NCBI RefSeq assembly: GCF_001194135.2
Contig: NC_068982.1
Location: forward strand, 122,558,692 to 122,612,907
From: Octopus bimaculoides
Taxonomy: Eukaryota
Direction: 5' to 3'
DNA length: 54,216 bases
Under the pieces are notes generated by a model, which saw nothing but the letters and a program-made list of their open reading frames with translations, searched no databases and was not told the origin of the DNA. Shown here in pieces: positions 1 to 11,960 of this stretch. Position numbers and translations under genes: made by a program. The stretch's first letter is position 1. The number at the start of each line of letters is the position of its first letter.

Positions 1-110
1 TATATATATATATATATATATATACATATACACACAATCACACACAAAATATATATGTGTATATATGTATATGTGTGTTTATATGCATATATATATATAT
101 ATATATGTAT

Positions 111-168
<58 letters not shown>

Positions 169-190
169 TGATAGGTAGGTAGGTAGATAG
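1..190. repeat. Compound microsatellite (TA)n/(AGAT)n, representative of dozens of (TA)n, (CA)n, (TACA)n, (GAT)n and (TAA)n tracts in the window
   Basis: Read directly. Most N gaps are flanked by (TA)n or (CA)n tracts. Confidence 0.95.
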
Positions 191-262
191 ATAGATATTT
201 ACATAGGTCTGGTGATGCAAACAACAAAATAGGACTCAAAACCTGAGTATATATACATTTTC

Positions 263-303
<41 letters not shown>

Positions 304-666
304 ACACATTTTTATTACACACACACACACACATATACATACAATAAACCCTCGACTTTCACAGGTGTTATGCTTCAAAACCCCCTGAGATAGGTGAAAA
401 TCTGTGAAGTAGGAACTGTAGTGTATTGTACTGTATATTTCTTTGATGATTTTTATAATTTGTATATATTTATTAGATTATAAATGCAAGACAACACCTT
501 GAAGGAATCAATGTAAGCTTAAATAATAAAACACGATAGGTGAATTGCAATATGGCAAGGGATTACTGTATGTATGTACATATATATGTGTGAATGCACA
601 CACCATGCATACACACATACACTACTCATACATGTATACATACACACACACAAACATAACACACGT

Positions 667-702
<36 letters not shown>

Positions 703-834
703 CACACAGAAGGTGCAGTGGGAATTTGTGAACTAAACAAACAAAAGAAACAAGAACAAATACATAGATAGATACATACCTACATGCATACATATATGTG
801 TGTATATATATGTGTGTGTATGTATGTTTGTGTG

Positions 835-885
<51 letters not shown>

Positions 886-1488
886 TGTAAAACGCATTCA
901 GAATTTCAGCTACTTGTCAAGTGACTACATCTGATGTCGTGTGGTGACTGGTGAAATTTGAACAATAAGATCATGTAAAAGTCATTCTAAGAAAACACAA
1001 AAACCCGTTATATTCACTTTTTGCTTATTTCTTCATAATAGTATCTCTTATAATATGTAAGAAGTTACTGATGTAATTCGACTGCATCTGGAATTGTGTC
1101 AGTCGCCAGGTCACAAATATGCAATGTAACCTTTTTGACATTTTCATAATAAGCAGTAGGATTACAATACATAGAAAGGGAATATAAAAAGCTTTTGTGC
1201 ATTCTTAAATTACTAAAATGACTTTACCACAATGTTTCACACGCGCGCGCATGTGTGTGTGTGTGTGTGTGTACAAGAGGATACAGAAAAGTTCCTTACT
1301 CTGGGTAAAAGAAAAGACAGGAGGATCAGTTAATTATGATTTTCACCTCTCAGATTTACACACTTATTGCAGCAGTTCTTCAGTTTTTCTAAGCCCTGCA
1401 AAAAAATTATCAGAATGTTGGGCCACCAACCAGGCCTTTCATGAGATCCTTAAAGCCAGGAACTCTTCAACATTTCCTTGTGTGTGTT

Positions 1489-1542
<54 letters not shown>

Positions 1543-1902
1543 NNNNNNNNNNNNNNNNNNNNNNNNNNNNNNNNNNNNNNNNNNNNNNNNNNNNNNNNNN
1601 NNNNNNNNNNNNNNNNNNNNNNNNNNNNNNNNNNNNNNNNNNNNNNNNNNNNNNNNNNNNNNNNNNNNNNNNNNNNNNNNNNNNNNNNNNNNNNNNNNNN
1701 NNNNNNNNNNNNNNNNNNNNNNNNNNNNNNNNNNNNNNNNNNNNNNNNNNNNNNNNNNNNNNNNNNNNNNNNNNNNNNNNNNNNNNNNNNNNNNNNNNNN
1801 NNNNNNNNNNNNNNNNNNNNNNNNNNNNNNNNNNNNNNNNNNNNNNNNNNNNNNNNNNNNNNNNNNNNNNNNNNNNNNNNNNNNNNNNNNNNNNNNNNNN
1901 NN

Positions 1903-1939
<37 letters not shown>

Positions 1940-2629
1940 CACAGGTATAGTGATGCAAACAGGAAAAATAGAACTCAAAATATAAGTATATGTATATTTT
2001 TATTAATATTTAGCAGAAGCACAGAGTGATTCAAGGGCCGATGTATGTATGTATGTATACACACATATCCATGCATGTGTATATATGTGCGTGTGCGTGC
2101 CAGAGTATACGTGTTTGCGTGCATGCACGCGCGTGTGCATATGCGTATGACACCACATGATACATAGAATGAATATATACACAAACTTAGAAATATACAA
2201 TCCTATGAACCAAATCAGAAAAATATGTGAATACGATCCAATAGTGCATATACTAAAAATGCATACTGCGTATATACGTGTGCGGGGGGGGGGCACATAT
2301 GATAATGATATTTAATACAAGGGAGATAATAATGTAGAAGTTGTTCCCCTTCATATGAATATTTGCTTACTCCAAAACTTTACGCGACCTCACTTGTTTT
2401 TATCGTGATTTTATCGTGTTTTCGTCCAAGATGGAGACGAACGCCAAATAGGTTTGCAAATTGTTAAGAGATATACCTCTCTTAACATGAAACTAATGGT
2501 AACGTAGTTACCATACATAAAAAGAATATTTATCCACCAATGCGGTGTGGAGCACTCATTTTCACTGTTCAATATTAACGTGTGTGCGTGTGTGTATACA
2601 CGACAGGCTTCTTTCAGTTTCTTATTTCT

Positions 2630-2856
2630 TTACTGCCCACAAGGGGCTACACACAAAGGGGAAAAACAAGGACAGACAAACGGATTAAGTCGATTATATC
2701 GCCCTCAATGCGTAACTGGTACTTATTTAATCGACCCAGAAAGGATGAAAGGCAAAGTCGACCTCGGCGGAATTTGAACTCTGAACGTAGAGGCAGACGA
2801 AATACCGCTAAGCATTTCGCCCGGTGTGCTAATGTTTCTGCCAGCTCGCCGCCTTC
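2630..2856 (-). mobile_element. SINE family A (Pol III A/B boxes), well-preserved copy
   Basis: Minus strand GGCGAGCTGGCAGAAAC...GAGTTCAAATTCCGCCGAGGTCGACTTTGCC. At least 15 related copies in the window. Confidence 0.85.
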
Positions 2857-3849
2857 TTTCAGTTTCTGACTACCAAACCCACTCTCAAAGGCTATAGTAA
2901 AAGGCATATGCCCAAGGTGTTACGCAGTGGGAATGAACCCAGAACCATGTGGTTGGAAAGCGAGATTCTTACCATACAACCATGCCTACACCTTGTATGT
3001 ATGTATGTATGTATGTATGTATGTATGTATGTATGTATGCATGTATGTATAAAACAGTTATTCTTGAGAAGTTGTCAAATCAGGTAAAATACTTTTATAA
3101 GCTCTCTCTGAGTACACTAGGCTAACAATATTGTTTGGTTTAGTAAAGAACTCTGTAGTATTATATTGGCAGGGTCTGAGATTATAGTTCATCAAGATTC
3201 TATATTGTGCTCCAGTTATACTACTTTTTACATAGAGTGATATTCAAAACAATGTATAAATAATGGTCATTACATAATTTTCTTTATTGCAATAAATTTG
3301 CCTAACAGCTGTCTCTGGTAATCATTATAGGTTCATTATCGACAGGTTTACTCAATCAGTCCATTGGATCAGTTGAGAAAATTTGAACGACCCAAAAAGT
3401 AAATGTTACTTTTGTCAGTCATTTCTGGTTATAACAAAGCAGAACACTGAAAGAATAGTATAGAATTTAGCAGATTAACTTCATCATTATTAAGCTGGTA
3501 TTTGGTACATAAATGAAGATGAAATTTTGGTTGACTGTTTTAATTTAGATTGCTTTAAAACAAGAAGCTTGTGTCATAGGACCAGAGGTGGTCTGAGGTA
3601 GCTTTGTATGAAAAGAGTTAAACCAGATCTGATAACATGCCTGATTTATAAAAGAACGGGGACAAAAATGAGGATTTGTTGATAATACACTATTACTGCA
3701 AAGAAATACTGACAGAAAGTGCAATATGGTCTCTCTGTAAGAAAGGAAAGCGAGAAAATGCTAAATTACAGGCCTAACTCTTTGAATTATCAGGAAAAAG
3801 AAAAAAGAAAGTAACAATTGTGTTCTAAAGAAAAAAATTGCTTGTTTAA

Positions 3850-3990
3850 TTGGATTAGTTTCTATCCAGGTATACACTGTCTCACAGCTGTTACAAAATT
3901 GAAAACTGAAACAGCTGTTATGGAATATTTGATCTTTGCAAAAGATTTCAACAAAGTAGGTCATTTCGCAGACTGTATGCTGTTAACAGG
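3850..3990 (+). mobile_element. Highly degenerate CR1/L2-type RT remnant
   Basis: SFYPGIHCLT...YLIFAKDFNKVGH resembles GFRPGRSCLT...YLDFAKAFDKVPH. Confidence 0.4.
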
Positions 3991-4805
3991 TGCGTGTGCG
4001 ACAATGTGCATGTGTCTTTCCACCCCACCCCCATATATACACATGCATGCACACATCAATATCAATGTAATTGATGTTTGCACCTTCCTTATGTATATCT
4101 GTACCAAATGAAGGAGCAAAAACACTGTTAAAATAATAAGATTGCTGCTATTATAGATGTTTGAGTATTATGCTTTAAACAAGTTTAATAAAGAATAAAA
4201 TCAGACAGAATATTTAACAGCAAAAAAATGTTATAAAGATCAATAAATTCAGGCACCAAAAGAGTAATAAGAACATTTATAAAATGTGGAATTTCCATGG
4301 ATTCTCCTAGTCATATATTGTTGTTATTTAACCTCAGATTGATTCTGATTGAGTTGAGTTATAATCAAAGGCTGAAACCAACTCATCATTTTCATAGGCA
4401 AAATGAATTCAGGATCACAGTGTATTGCATGTCCTTCGAGTGTGAAATCAAGATTGAATTAGCTGTTATTTCTAAAATTAACTAGAGGTTACTTTCTTAG
4501 CTTAACCATCAGATATATTTGTTGGTGGGTACATTTCCATAAGTGCCATGTACGTTGGTTGATGGTATGTAATGCTGTTGCCCAGGTAGGAAATTTTATT
4601 AGAACTGCTCATGAATAATAATAATATTAAACACATCAGGGAGCTGTCACATTAGAGTTGCGAATGTATGGAGTAGTCACTCTGTCTTTACTATTTTTAG
4701 TGGCCTTGTGCCTTGGTGTGAATAAGTATGAGCCTGTACCAATTGAACCCACGTCCATTGACACACAATTCTCAGCATAAATTTGTAATATTTCTTTTTA
4801 TTGTA

Positions 4806-5740
4806 TCAGGTAATCCCATAAGTTCTGTCCGAATTTTGAATAGAGAAAACAAATTGATCAAATGTTATATTTAATTGAAATTTAATCATCAATGTACTTT
4901 CCCTGATTATCTATGACGTCCTTCCATCTATTTACAAGCTTTTTAATCCCATCAATGTAAAGTTCTTTTGGTTTCAAAGCAAAGAACTCTGAAATATCAG
5001 TTTCGACCTCTTCCTGGCTTGTGACAGTTATGTCCTCTAAATGATTCTGTAAACTACGAAACAAATGGTAGTTTGAAGGAGCAAGGTTGGGAGAATAAGG
5101 TGGATGAGGAATTTTTTCCCAACCAAGCTCTTCGATCTTCTGTGATGTGATCTTTGCAGTGTGGAGTCGTGCATTGTCCTGATGAAACAATCACTCCTTT
5201 TTGATTCACTAAAGTGGGTCTATTTTTCTTCAAAGCTTGGTTTAAACACTCTAATTGCTGACAGTAGACTTGAGCATTGATTGTTGCATTAGGTGATAAC
5301 AATTCAAAGTGAATTACTCCTTTGCAAACCCACCAGATAGAAAGAAGAACCTTTTTACCATGAAGTTCCCTTCTCGGTTGTGGTTGAGCTTTTTTCCTTT
5401 TACCAAGCCACTGTTTACAATGTTTAACATTTAGATAGAAGATCCATTTTTCGTCACCAGTCACAAGTCTATCCAAAAAGGGTGAAATGAGTTCGTGAGA
5501 ATGGAGAGAGGAGCAGATGTCAACTCGGGATTTGCAGTTGCTTTCGGACAATTCATGAGGCACCCATTTTCCAAGTTTAGGAACCTTTCCAAGTTGTTGA
5601 AGATGACGATGAACAGTTGTATGGTTTGAGATAAGCTTTTTGCTAATTCTTCAACTGATAATGCAGGATTTTCTTCAAGTAATGCCTCAAGAAGCTTATC
5701 ATCAAACTCAACTGGATGTCTTGTTCTAGCTACATCTTCA
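4806..5740 (-). mobile_element. Mariner DNA transposon remnant (defective transposase, 5' truncated)
   Basis: HTH region, KWVPHEL, LVTGDEKW, HQDNAR and YSPNLAPSNY (the third catalytic Asp of canonical APSD is Asn). Frameshift near 5190. TA followed by a TIR-like end TCAGGTAATCCCATAAG at 4804-4822. Confidence 0.92.
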
Positions 5741-5979
5741 AGAAAGAGAAATCAACAGGCTAATTCGTACATTATAAGTCAAATCTGTGAGTGGAACAGT
5801 AAAAATATGGAAGACTTTTCTCAAGTTCCAAATGTGAATTTTTCTGTTAACTACATTCCAAAGATGGAGCCTTTTATCTCTGGAAACCGGCTCCCTCCTC
5901 AGCGGAAGATTTATGACAATTAAAAAAATAGAAGAGACATACATACATACATACATACATACATACATACATACATACA

Positions 5980-6014
<35 letters not shown>

Positions 6015-6379
6015 GCATATATTCACTTGTATACACTCTCACACATGTTCATATATTTGTAGGTGTACATTTTTATGTGAAGAATGATATAAAACATAAT
6101 CAAAAAGAAACATTCCTATCCATTCAACTAAAGTAATGCAGGATAAAAACATTCAGTGTTGCTTTCTACTCAGGTGAGGAAGGGGCAAAAAAAGAATTGT
6201 GTCAGTCACTCAACAGTGACTCATAATGTATAAAATCAAACATAACTAAGAAAGTTTATTCAACATGTCCATATAAACACATATGCACTCTCCCATATAA
6301 TATATATATCATACCAGCATGGAAGATAAACATTAAATAATGATACTAATAATGACATACATACATACAGAAAGACATA

Positions 6380-6629
6380 CAGTGGGGTGCAAAAGTAAGT
6401 ATACAGTAAGTATCACATAAATGTTACAATACTTAATTCATTAAAATTATTATCACATTAAATTAGTTACCCTCATTTTAGATATATTTTCAGTGTCATT
6501 AATCATAATGATACATTTATCATAATTATAATAATACTTTTATTGTAACTTTTAATCTTTTTGATAAATATAAATGAGTATTGTACATGTTTTCTTTTAT
6601 CATAACTGTATACCTACTTTTGCACCACC

Positions 6630-6632
<3 letters not shown>
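6380..6632. mobile_element. Tc1/mariner-type MITE, about 250 bp
   Basis: Imperfect 27-bp TIRs CAGTGGGGTGCAAAAGTAAGTATACAG / CTGTATACCTACTTTTGCACCACCCTG. TA on the left flank, TGTA on the right. Confidence 0.75.
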
Positions 6633-6661
<29 letters not shown>

Positions 6662-6741
6662 NNNNNNNNNNNNNNNNNNNNNNNNNNAACTGTATACCTA
6701 CTTTTGCACCACCCTGTGTATATATATATATATATATATAT

Positions 6742-6829
6742 CATCATAATCATCATCATCGTTTAACATCCGCTTTCCATGCTAGCATGGAAAGCAGACG
6801 TTTAATGATGATGATGATGATGATGATGA
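6742..6829. repeat. Palindrome made of two RTE-type 3' tails fused back-to-back
   Basis: (CAT)n-CGTTTAACATCCGCTTTCCATGCT | AGCATGGAAAGCAGACGTTTAA-(TGA)n, centred at 6783/6784. Confidence 0.85.
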
Positions 6830-6835
6830 GATATA

Positions 6836-6866
<31 letters not shown>

Positions 6867-6879
6867 GAAGGAGTCATAC

Positions 6880-7620
6880 CCAATGACTGATGTAGTAGCA
6901 CCATAGTCAACTGTTACAAAAGTAAACGTGACACATCAGATATGAATAATTACAGAGGTATCAAATTGTTGGATCAGGTAATGAAAGTTATGGAGAAGGT
7001 CATAGCCCAACTAATTAGTGAGAGAGTTAGTTTAGGTGAGATGCAGTTTGGGTTTATGCCAGGGAGAAGCACCACTGATGCTATATTTCTGGTAAGGCAG
7101 CTGCAGGAGAATTACTTAATCAAAGATAAACCTCTGGACTTGGCTTTCATTGACATGGAGAAATCCTCTGACAAAGTCCCCGGAAACTAGGGATAGATGA
7201 GTGGCTGGTGAGAGCTGTACAAGCCATATACAGAGATGCTGTCAGTAAGGTGAGGGTTGGCAACGAGTATAGTGAAGAATTCTGGGTAGGGTCGGGGTTC
7301 ACCTAGGATCAGTCCTCAGCCCCCTCTTATTCATCATAGCCCTCCAGGCAATAACAGAAGAATTCAAGACAGGATAACCTTGGGAGCTCCTCTATGCTGA
7401 TGACCTTGCTCTAATAGTTGAGTCACTATCAGAATTAGAGAAGTTTCAGGTGTGGAATCAAGGTCTAGAATCGAAGGACCTAAGAGTCAATCTAGCAGAA
7501 AACCATTCTTAGTAAGTAGGAAGGCAGACAAATCACAAATCCCTTCAGGCAGATGGCTCTGCTCAATCTGTAGAAAAGGCATAGGTAGAAACTCCATAAG
7601 ATGTCCCTGGTGTAAGCTAT
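6880..7620 (+). mobile_element. RTE-clade non-LTR retrotransposon reverse-transcriptase fragment (degenerate)
   Basis: NYRGIKLL, QFGFMPGRSTTDAIF, AFIDMEK, GSVLSPLLF and LLYADDL (YADD at 7393-7404), with stops and frameshifts. Confidence 0.92.
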
Positions 7621-7775
7621 GTAGCGTTAGTAAGGGCATCCAGCTGTAGAAACCTTGCCACATCAGATTGGAGCTTGGTACAGCCTTCTGGCTTGCCAAT
7701 CCTCAGTCAAACCGTCCAACCCATGCCAGCATGGAAAGCCAACATTAGATAATGATAATGATGTTGATGATGATG

Positions 7776-7833
<58 letters not shown>

Positions 7834-9344
7834 CATATATACATACACACACACGTATACACACATGTGCATATGTATACATGTATTCCTTGACAAACCG
7901 GTTTGTATTTGGTGAATGGAGTGGCTTATTAACAAATTGTAAATACACTGCTTCTGAATGTAAAGGAAATATTTTATTTTGCTAAGGTATGTATAGCAAA
8001 TATTTAAATGGATTATGACTGTTGCTTGCTGCAATAATCATAATATAAAGATATGTATCACAATTGTTTGCATATATATATATACATACACACACATATA
8101 TATAGACTCACACACACACAAGGGTATTCACCCAATTTTCTAGGCTGTTTTCACAGCTATCCCATGTTCAAAGTTTATTTTATTTTCTGTAAAATGCCAG
8201 CCCACTCAACACTTCTAATTTTGGTTATAAAAATGTGTGTATGTGGGTGGAGGGTAATGATATACTACAATTGGTTTAGAAAGCATGCAGTACTTGAATC
8301 TCAGTGTCACCAAGTGTTGTGGTACACAAATTGTTTTTAGTTCTGTAGTCCATTCTGTATGGTAGTTAGTGTGAGTGACTACTAGAGAGAGAAAGGGTAG
8401 CAGAGTCTGGGAAAGTAGAAAGGGTAGAAGCTGTGTAATACCTCACATAAAAGTGCCTCTCCATTGGTGCCAGAAGAAAGAAGAAGGAAGAAAGACGGAT
8501 GCTCTCTGACCAGTGACCAAGAACCAAAGAGTGTGTGTGTATACAGATATACACACATTCATATATACGTACTTGTATGTATGTGGAACATTTTCGAAAA
8601 AAATTTTAATTGTCTTGCTTCTTGCAATTAGTCCTACCGAATATGATACTGCTGGGCTCAGAAATACCCTCAGAAATTTTCTATCATGTCAAGTTTTTGT
8701 TAAACAGAAATTAATTTTTTCCAAAAAATGTCCATTTTGCCATGAAATGCAATACTGAAATAAGAAATTTACACAAACCAAACAGTACTTTTTATTGTTT
8801 AACAAACATATTACACAAAATATTTAAACACACCTCTTAAGATAAACTTTTTTTGTCACACTTGAGTTTCAGCTACTCAAGTAGTGAACTTTCTCTTTGC
8901 TGCTTTGCATAAATAACTTATATCGTGAAAGTCTCTTTGTAGAGACCAGCAGTAAACAGCTATCATGTCTGTGTTCTACCTGCCTTGATACTGTAAGGAA
9001 GTGTGGTGAATTATCACGTCGGGGTCACCAATTGTAGGGAAGTGGTTATACACCATTAGGTGTACTCCGCTTCCGTACATTAAATTTCTTGAAGAAATTT
9101 CACCGGCCAGGGTGAAAGAGGGTGAAAGAAGCGGGAACGTTTGGATGTCGATGACTACGCATGCGCATGAGACTCTTCCTGTATTCCTTCCGGAACTAGT
9201 CCCTGCGCATGCATGGATAAAAACTCCAGAAATGTCGTCTGCTATAAGGCGTCACTACAATACCTAATCTCCATGGTCATGATGTCTCAGTAGAATCTTT
9301 CTCCTTGCTCATCATTTATTGCATTATAATGTCCAGGGAAGTAG

Positions 9345-9560
9345 TCAAGATGACTGTGCAGGAAAGTATAGATGATTTAAGAGAACAACTGAATATAAGA
9401 GGCATCATTTGTAGTATGCAAGAGAGAAGAGTGTATTAGTATGATCATGTAATGCCTATGGATAAGGACAGCTGCATAAAGAAGTGCTAATCTCTAATTC
9501 TGGAGGGAACCTGTGGAAGGAGTAAACCCAAGAAGATGTGGGATGAAGTGGTGAGAAAGG
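9345..9560 (+). mobile_element. RTE LINE 3' coding remnant
   Basis: MQERRVY*YDHVMPMDKDSCIKKC...EGTCGRSKPxKxWDEVV resembles the RTE C-terminal RLRWYGHV..RGRPRKTW. Confidence 0.7.
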
Positions 9561-9689
9561 AAGATTTAAAAATTTTTAATGGGGTGGGACTTAAAAAGCT
9601 GTTTTTTTTTTGTTTGTTTTCATAATCTCTAAATAAAATGAAAACCAATTTGATTGAGAAAATTTATGAACAAAAATATTGAACTTTAC

Positions 9690-9900
9690 ACATTCCTCTA
9701 CTTTTCATCATCTGTTTGATCAAAGATTTGCTGCCACATCAACTCTGCTAAATGGTCAGAAAGTATTGCAGAATGACTGGTTGCATGCATTTGAAGTTTG
9801 GTCTGTCTTCAGAATTTTTCCAAACACATGCATTCAACATTGTATTTGTAGAGCAGTATCAGCAAAAATATAAATACTGGACAAATATTTAACTAAATGA
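9690..9900 (-). mobile_element. Probable Merlin/IS1016-type transposase C-terminal remnant
   Basis: The minus strand reads NVECMCLEKF*RQTKLQMHATSHSAILSDHLAELMWQQIF, similar to Merlin/ISXO2 TNxIESxWxxxKR...MHGTS...LxxYLxEFMW. Confidence 0.5.
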
Positions 9901-11195
9901 ACATGCACCTCCCGAACTGTAGTGCTAATTTCAATCTCAGTTCATAACTGCAAGTTCCTCCTCTTTCTTGGTGCATTAATACTTATAGATATATATTTGT
10001 TCATTAATTGAGTAAGTTAAAAAAAAAAGTAAATAGTGTCTCAAGCTGTAGAAACCACAACACTGGTAACTTGGTTTCAATAGCATATAAGTAACTGTGA
10101 TCACAACATTTATCCCTGAAACAGGATACTAATCCATTGCAGGGTTACTCATTCATAGCTGAGTGACCTGGGTAACATGAAATGAAGTGTTTTGATCAAG
10201 AACATAACACACTTCGATCTTGCAATTGTGAATGCAACACCCTGAGTTCTGGGTCATATGCCTTCATATTAATGGAGTAGAACTCATGATATTGTCCCAT
10301 TTATCAATTATATAATTGGTTTCCATAGTTAATTACAAAATTAGTTTTCAACTGTCATGATACATATAAATATTCTATTTTTCTAGGTGCTGGTGCCACA
10401 TGAAAAACACTGGTGCTGGGGTCACATAAAAAACAACGGTGCTGGTGCCCCATAAAAAGTAGAGGTGATGGTGCCACATAAAAATCCCCCAATACACTCT
10501 GTGAAGCAGTTGGCATCAAGAAGGGCATCCAGCTGTAGAAAATGTGCCATGACAGACAATGGAAGTTGGTGCAGCTCCTGATATTACCAGCTCCTGTCAA
10601 ACCATCCAACCCATGCCAGCATGGAAAACAGACATTAAATGACAATGATGATGATAATGATCTATGTGTACGTGTGCTTGTGTTGTGTGTGTGTTGGATA
10701 TAGTTAAATGTATGGATGGCTATGTATGTGGGTGCATGTATATGTTTATATATGTGTATGTGTGAGTATATACATGTATATTATATAGCATATACAGGAA
10801 ATATATATATTTGTGTATGTATATATGTGTATGTGTGTGTGTGTGTGTGTATCTGGGGGGGGGGGCTATGCCAACTTATTTGTTTTGATGAAATGTAAAG
10901 GTCAATATAAATGTCAGATTGTGTTTGTTTTGTTTCGTTCTATTCTGATCACATGTATACTTTATGTTTTTATTTAACTATGCTTTATTATTGGTGTATT
11001 ACATTTCATCTGATTTTATTTTATTGATTCCTTATTTTTTTGTCCTTGTATACTTTATTTTATTGGTTATATGAGAAGGATTCTTTCATTATATCTTGGT
11101 TCCTTACGGAGACGGATTGCATGCTACATTAACTAAATTGTATTGTTACAGAAATAAGCAAAAAAGCAAGTAAAAAAACGAAATACATTTTGAAA

Positions 11196-11315
11196 AATCA
11201 CCTGAAGAGATGCATCTGCACCTATGATGCATACCAGTTGTTTACACAGCATCTCACCTGTAAGGTACCAGCATATGATGGGCTGAAACGGTTGTAGTGG
11301 TTATGAATAAAGAGT
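11196..11315 (+). mobile_element. Penelope-like terminal remnant with hammerhead-like core
   Basis: AATCAC-CTGAAGA...GAA-AC(GGTT)GT-A-GTGGTT followed by AATAAA. Stems I and III can pair; stem II is disrupted or extended. Confidence 0.35.
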
Positions 11316-11488
11316 TTCATGAATTCCATTTTCTATCACTCACAGTTTTTATATAAACTCTATGGACACAAAAAAAATTCCTGAAGTAAATCCAGTGGCA
11401 AATACTTCCATACTGTTGTTGACAGCAGGTAGCTGAATACTGTGAATGGGCTTTAAAGAGCATATTACAAGGTGTATACCTGAATATG

Positions 11489-11587
<99 letters not shown>

Positions 11588-11589
11588 GG

Positions 11590-11960
11590 TGCAGGCGTGA
11601 CTGTGTGGTAAGAAACTTGCTTCCAAACCACATGGTTCTGGGTTCAATCCCACTGTGTGACACCTTGGGAAAGTATCTTCTACTATAGCTTTGGGCCAAC
11701 CAAAGCCTTGTGAGTGGATTTGGTAGATGGAAAGGAGCCCATTGTATGTGTGTGTGTGTGTGTGTGTGTGTGAGTGTGTGTGTGTGTGTGTGTGCGTGCG
11801 TGCGTGACTGTATGTTCCCCTATCATCACTTGACAACTGGTGTTGGTGTGTTTACATCTCCATAACTTAACAGTTCAGCAATGAAACTGATACCATAAGT
11901 ACTAGGCTTAAAAATAAGTCATGGGGTCAAATCGTTTGACAAAACCACTTTAAGGTGGTT
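11590..11960 (+). mobile_element. SINE family B (tRNA-like head, internal microsatellite, conserved tail)
   Basis: GGCGTGACTGTGTGGTAAG...GGGTTCAATCC...GGAAAGTATCTTCTACTATAGC, then (TG)n and the tail. Further copies or fragments at about 2862-2995(-), 15312-15400(+), 24060-24222(-), 29185-29325(+), 40683-40800(+) and 48595-48870(+). Confidence 0.8.

Noticed and set aside
38-2296. Many ORF-track entries rich in YI/HT/CV/X residues (also at about 6.5, 7.7, 11.4, 15.0, 20.9, 29.3, 30.7, 35.4 and 37.0 kb)
   Set aside because: They are translations of (TA)n, (CA)n and (TACA)n microsatellites or of N gaps, which contain no stops. They are not genes.
5738-5923. About 60-codon open frame on the + strand next to the mariner
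   Set aside because: No ATG with support, no clear splice sites and no recognisable homology. This length is expected by chance.
6605-6740. Direct duplication of a MITE end on both sides of an N gap
   Set aside because: Identical sequence flanking a short gap indicates unmerged overlapping contig ends, an assembly artefact.
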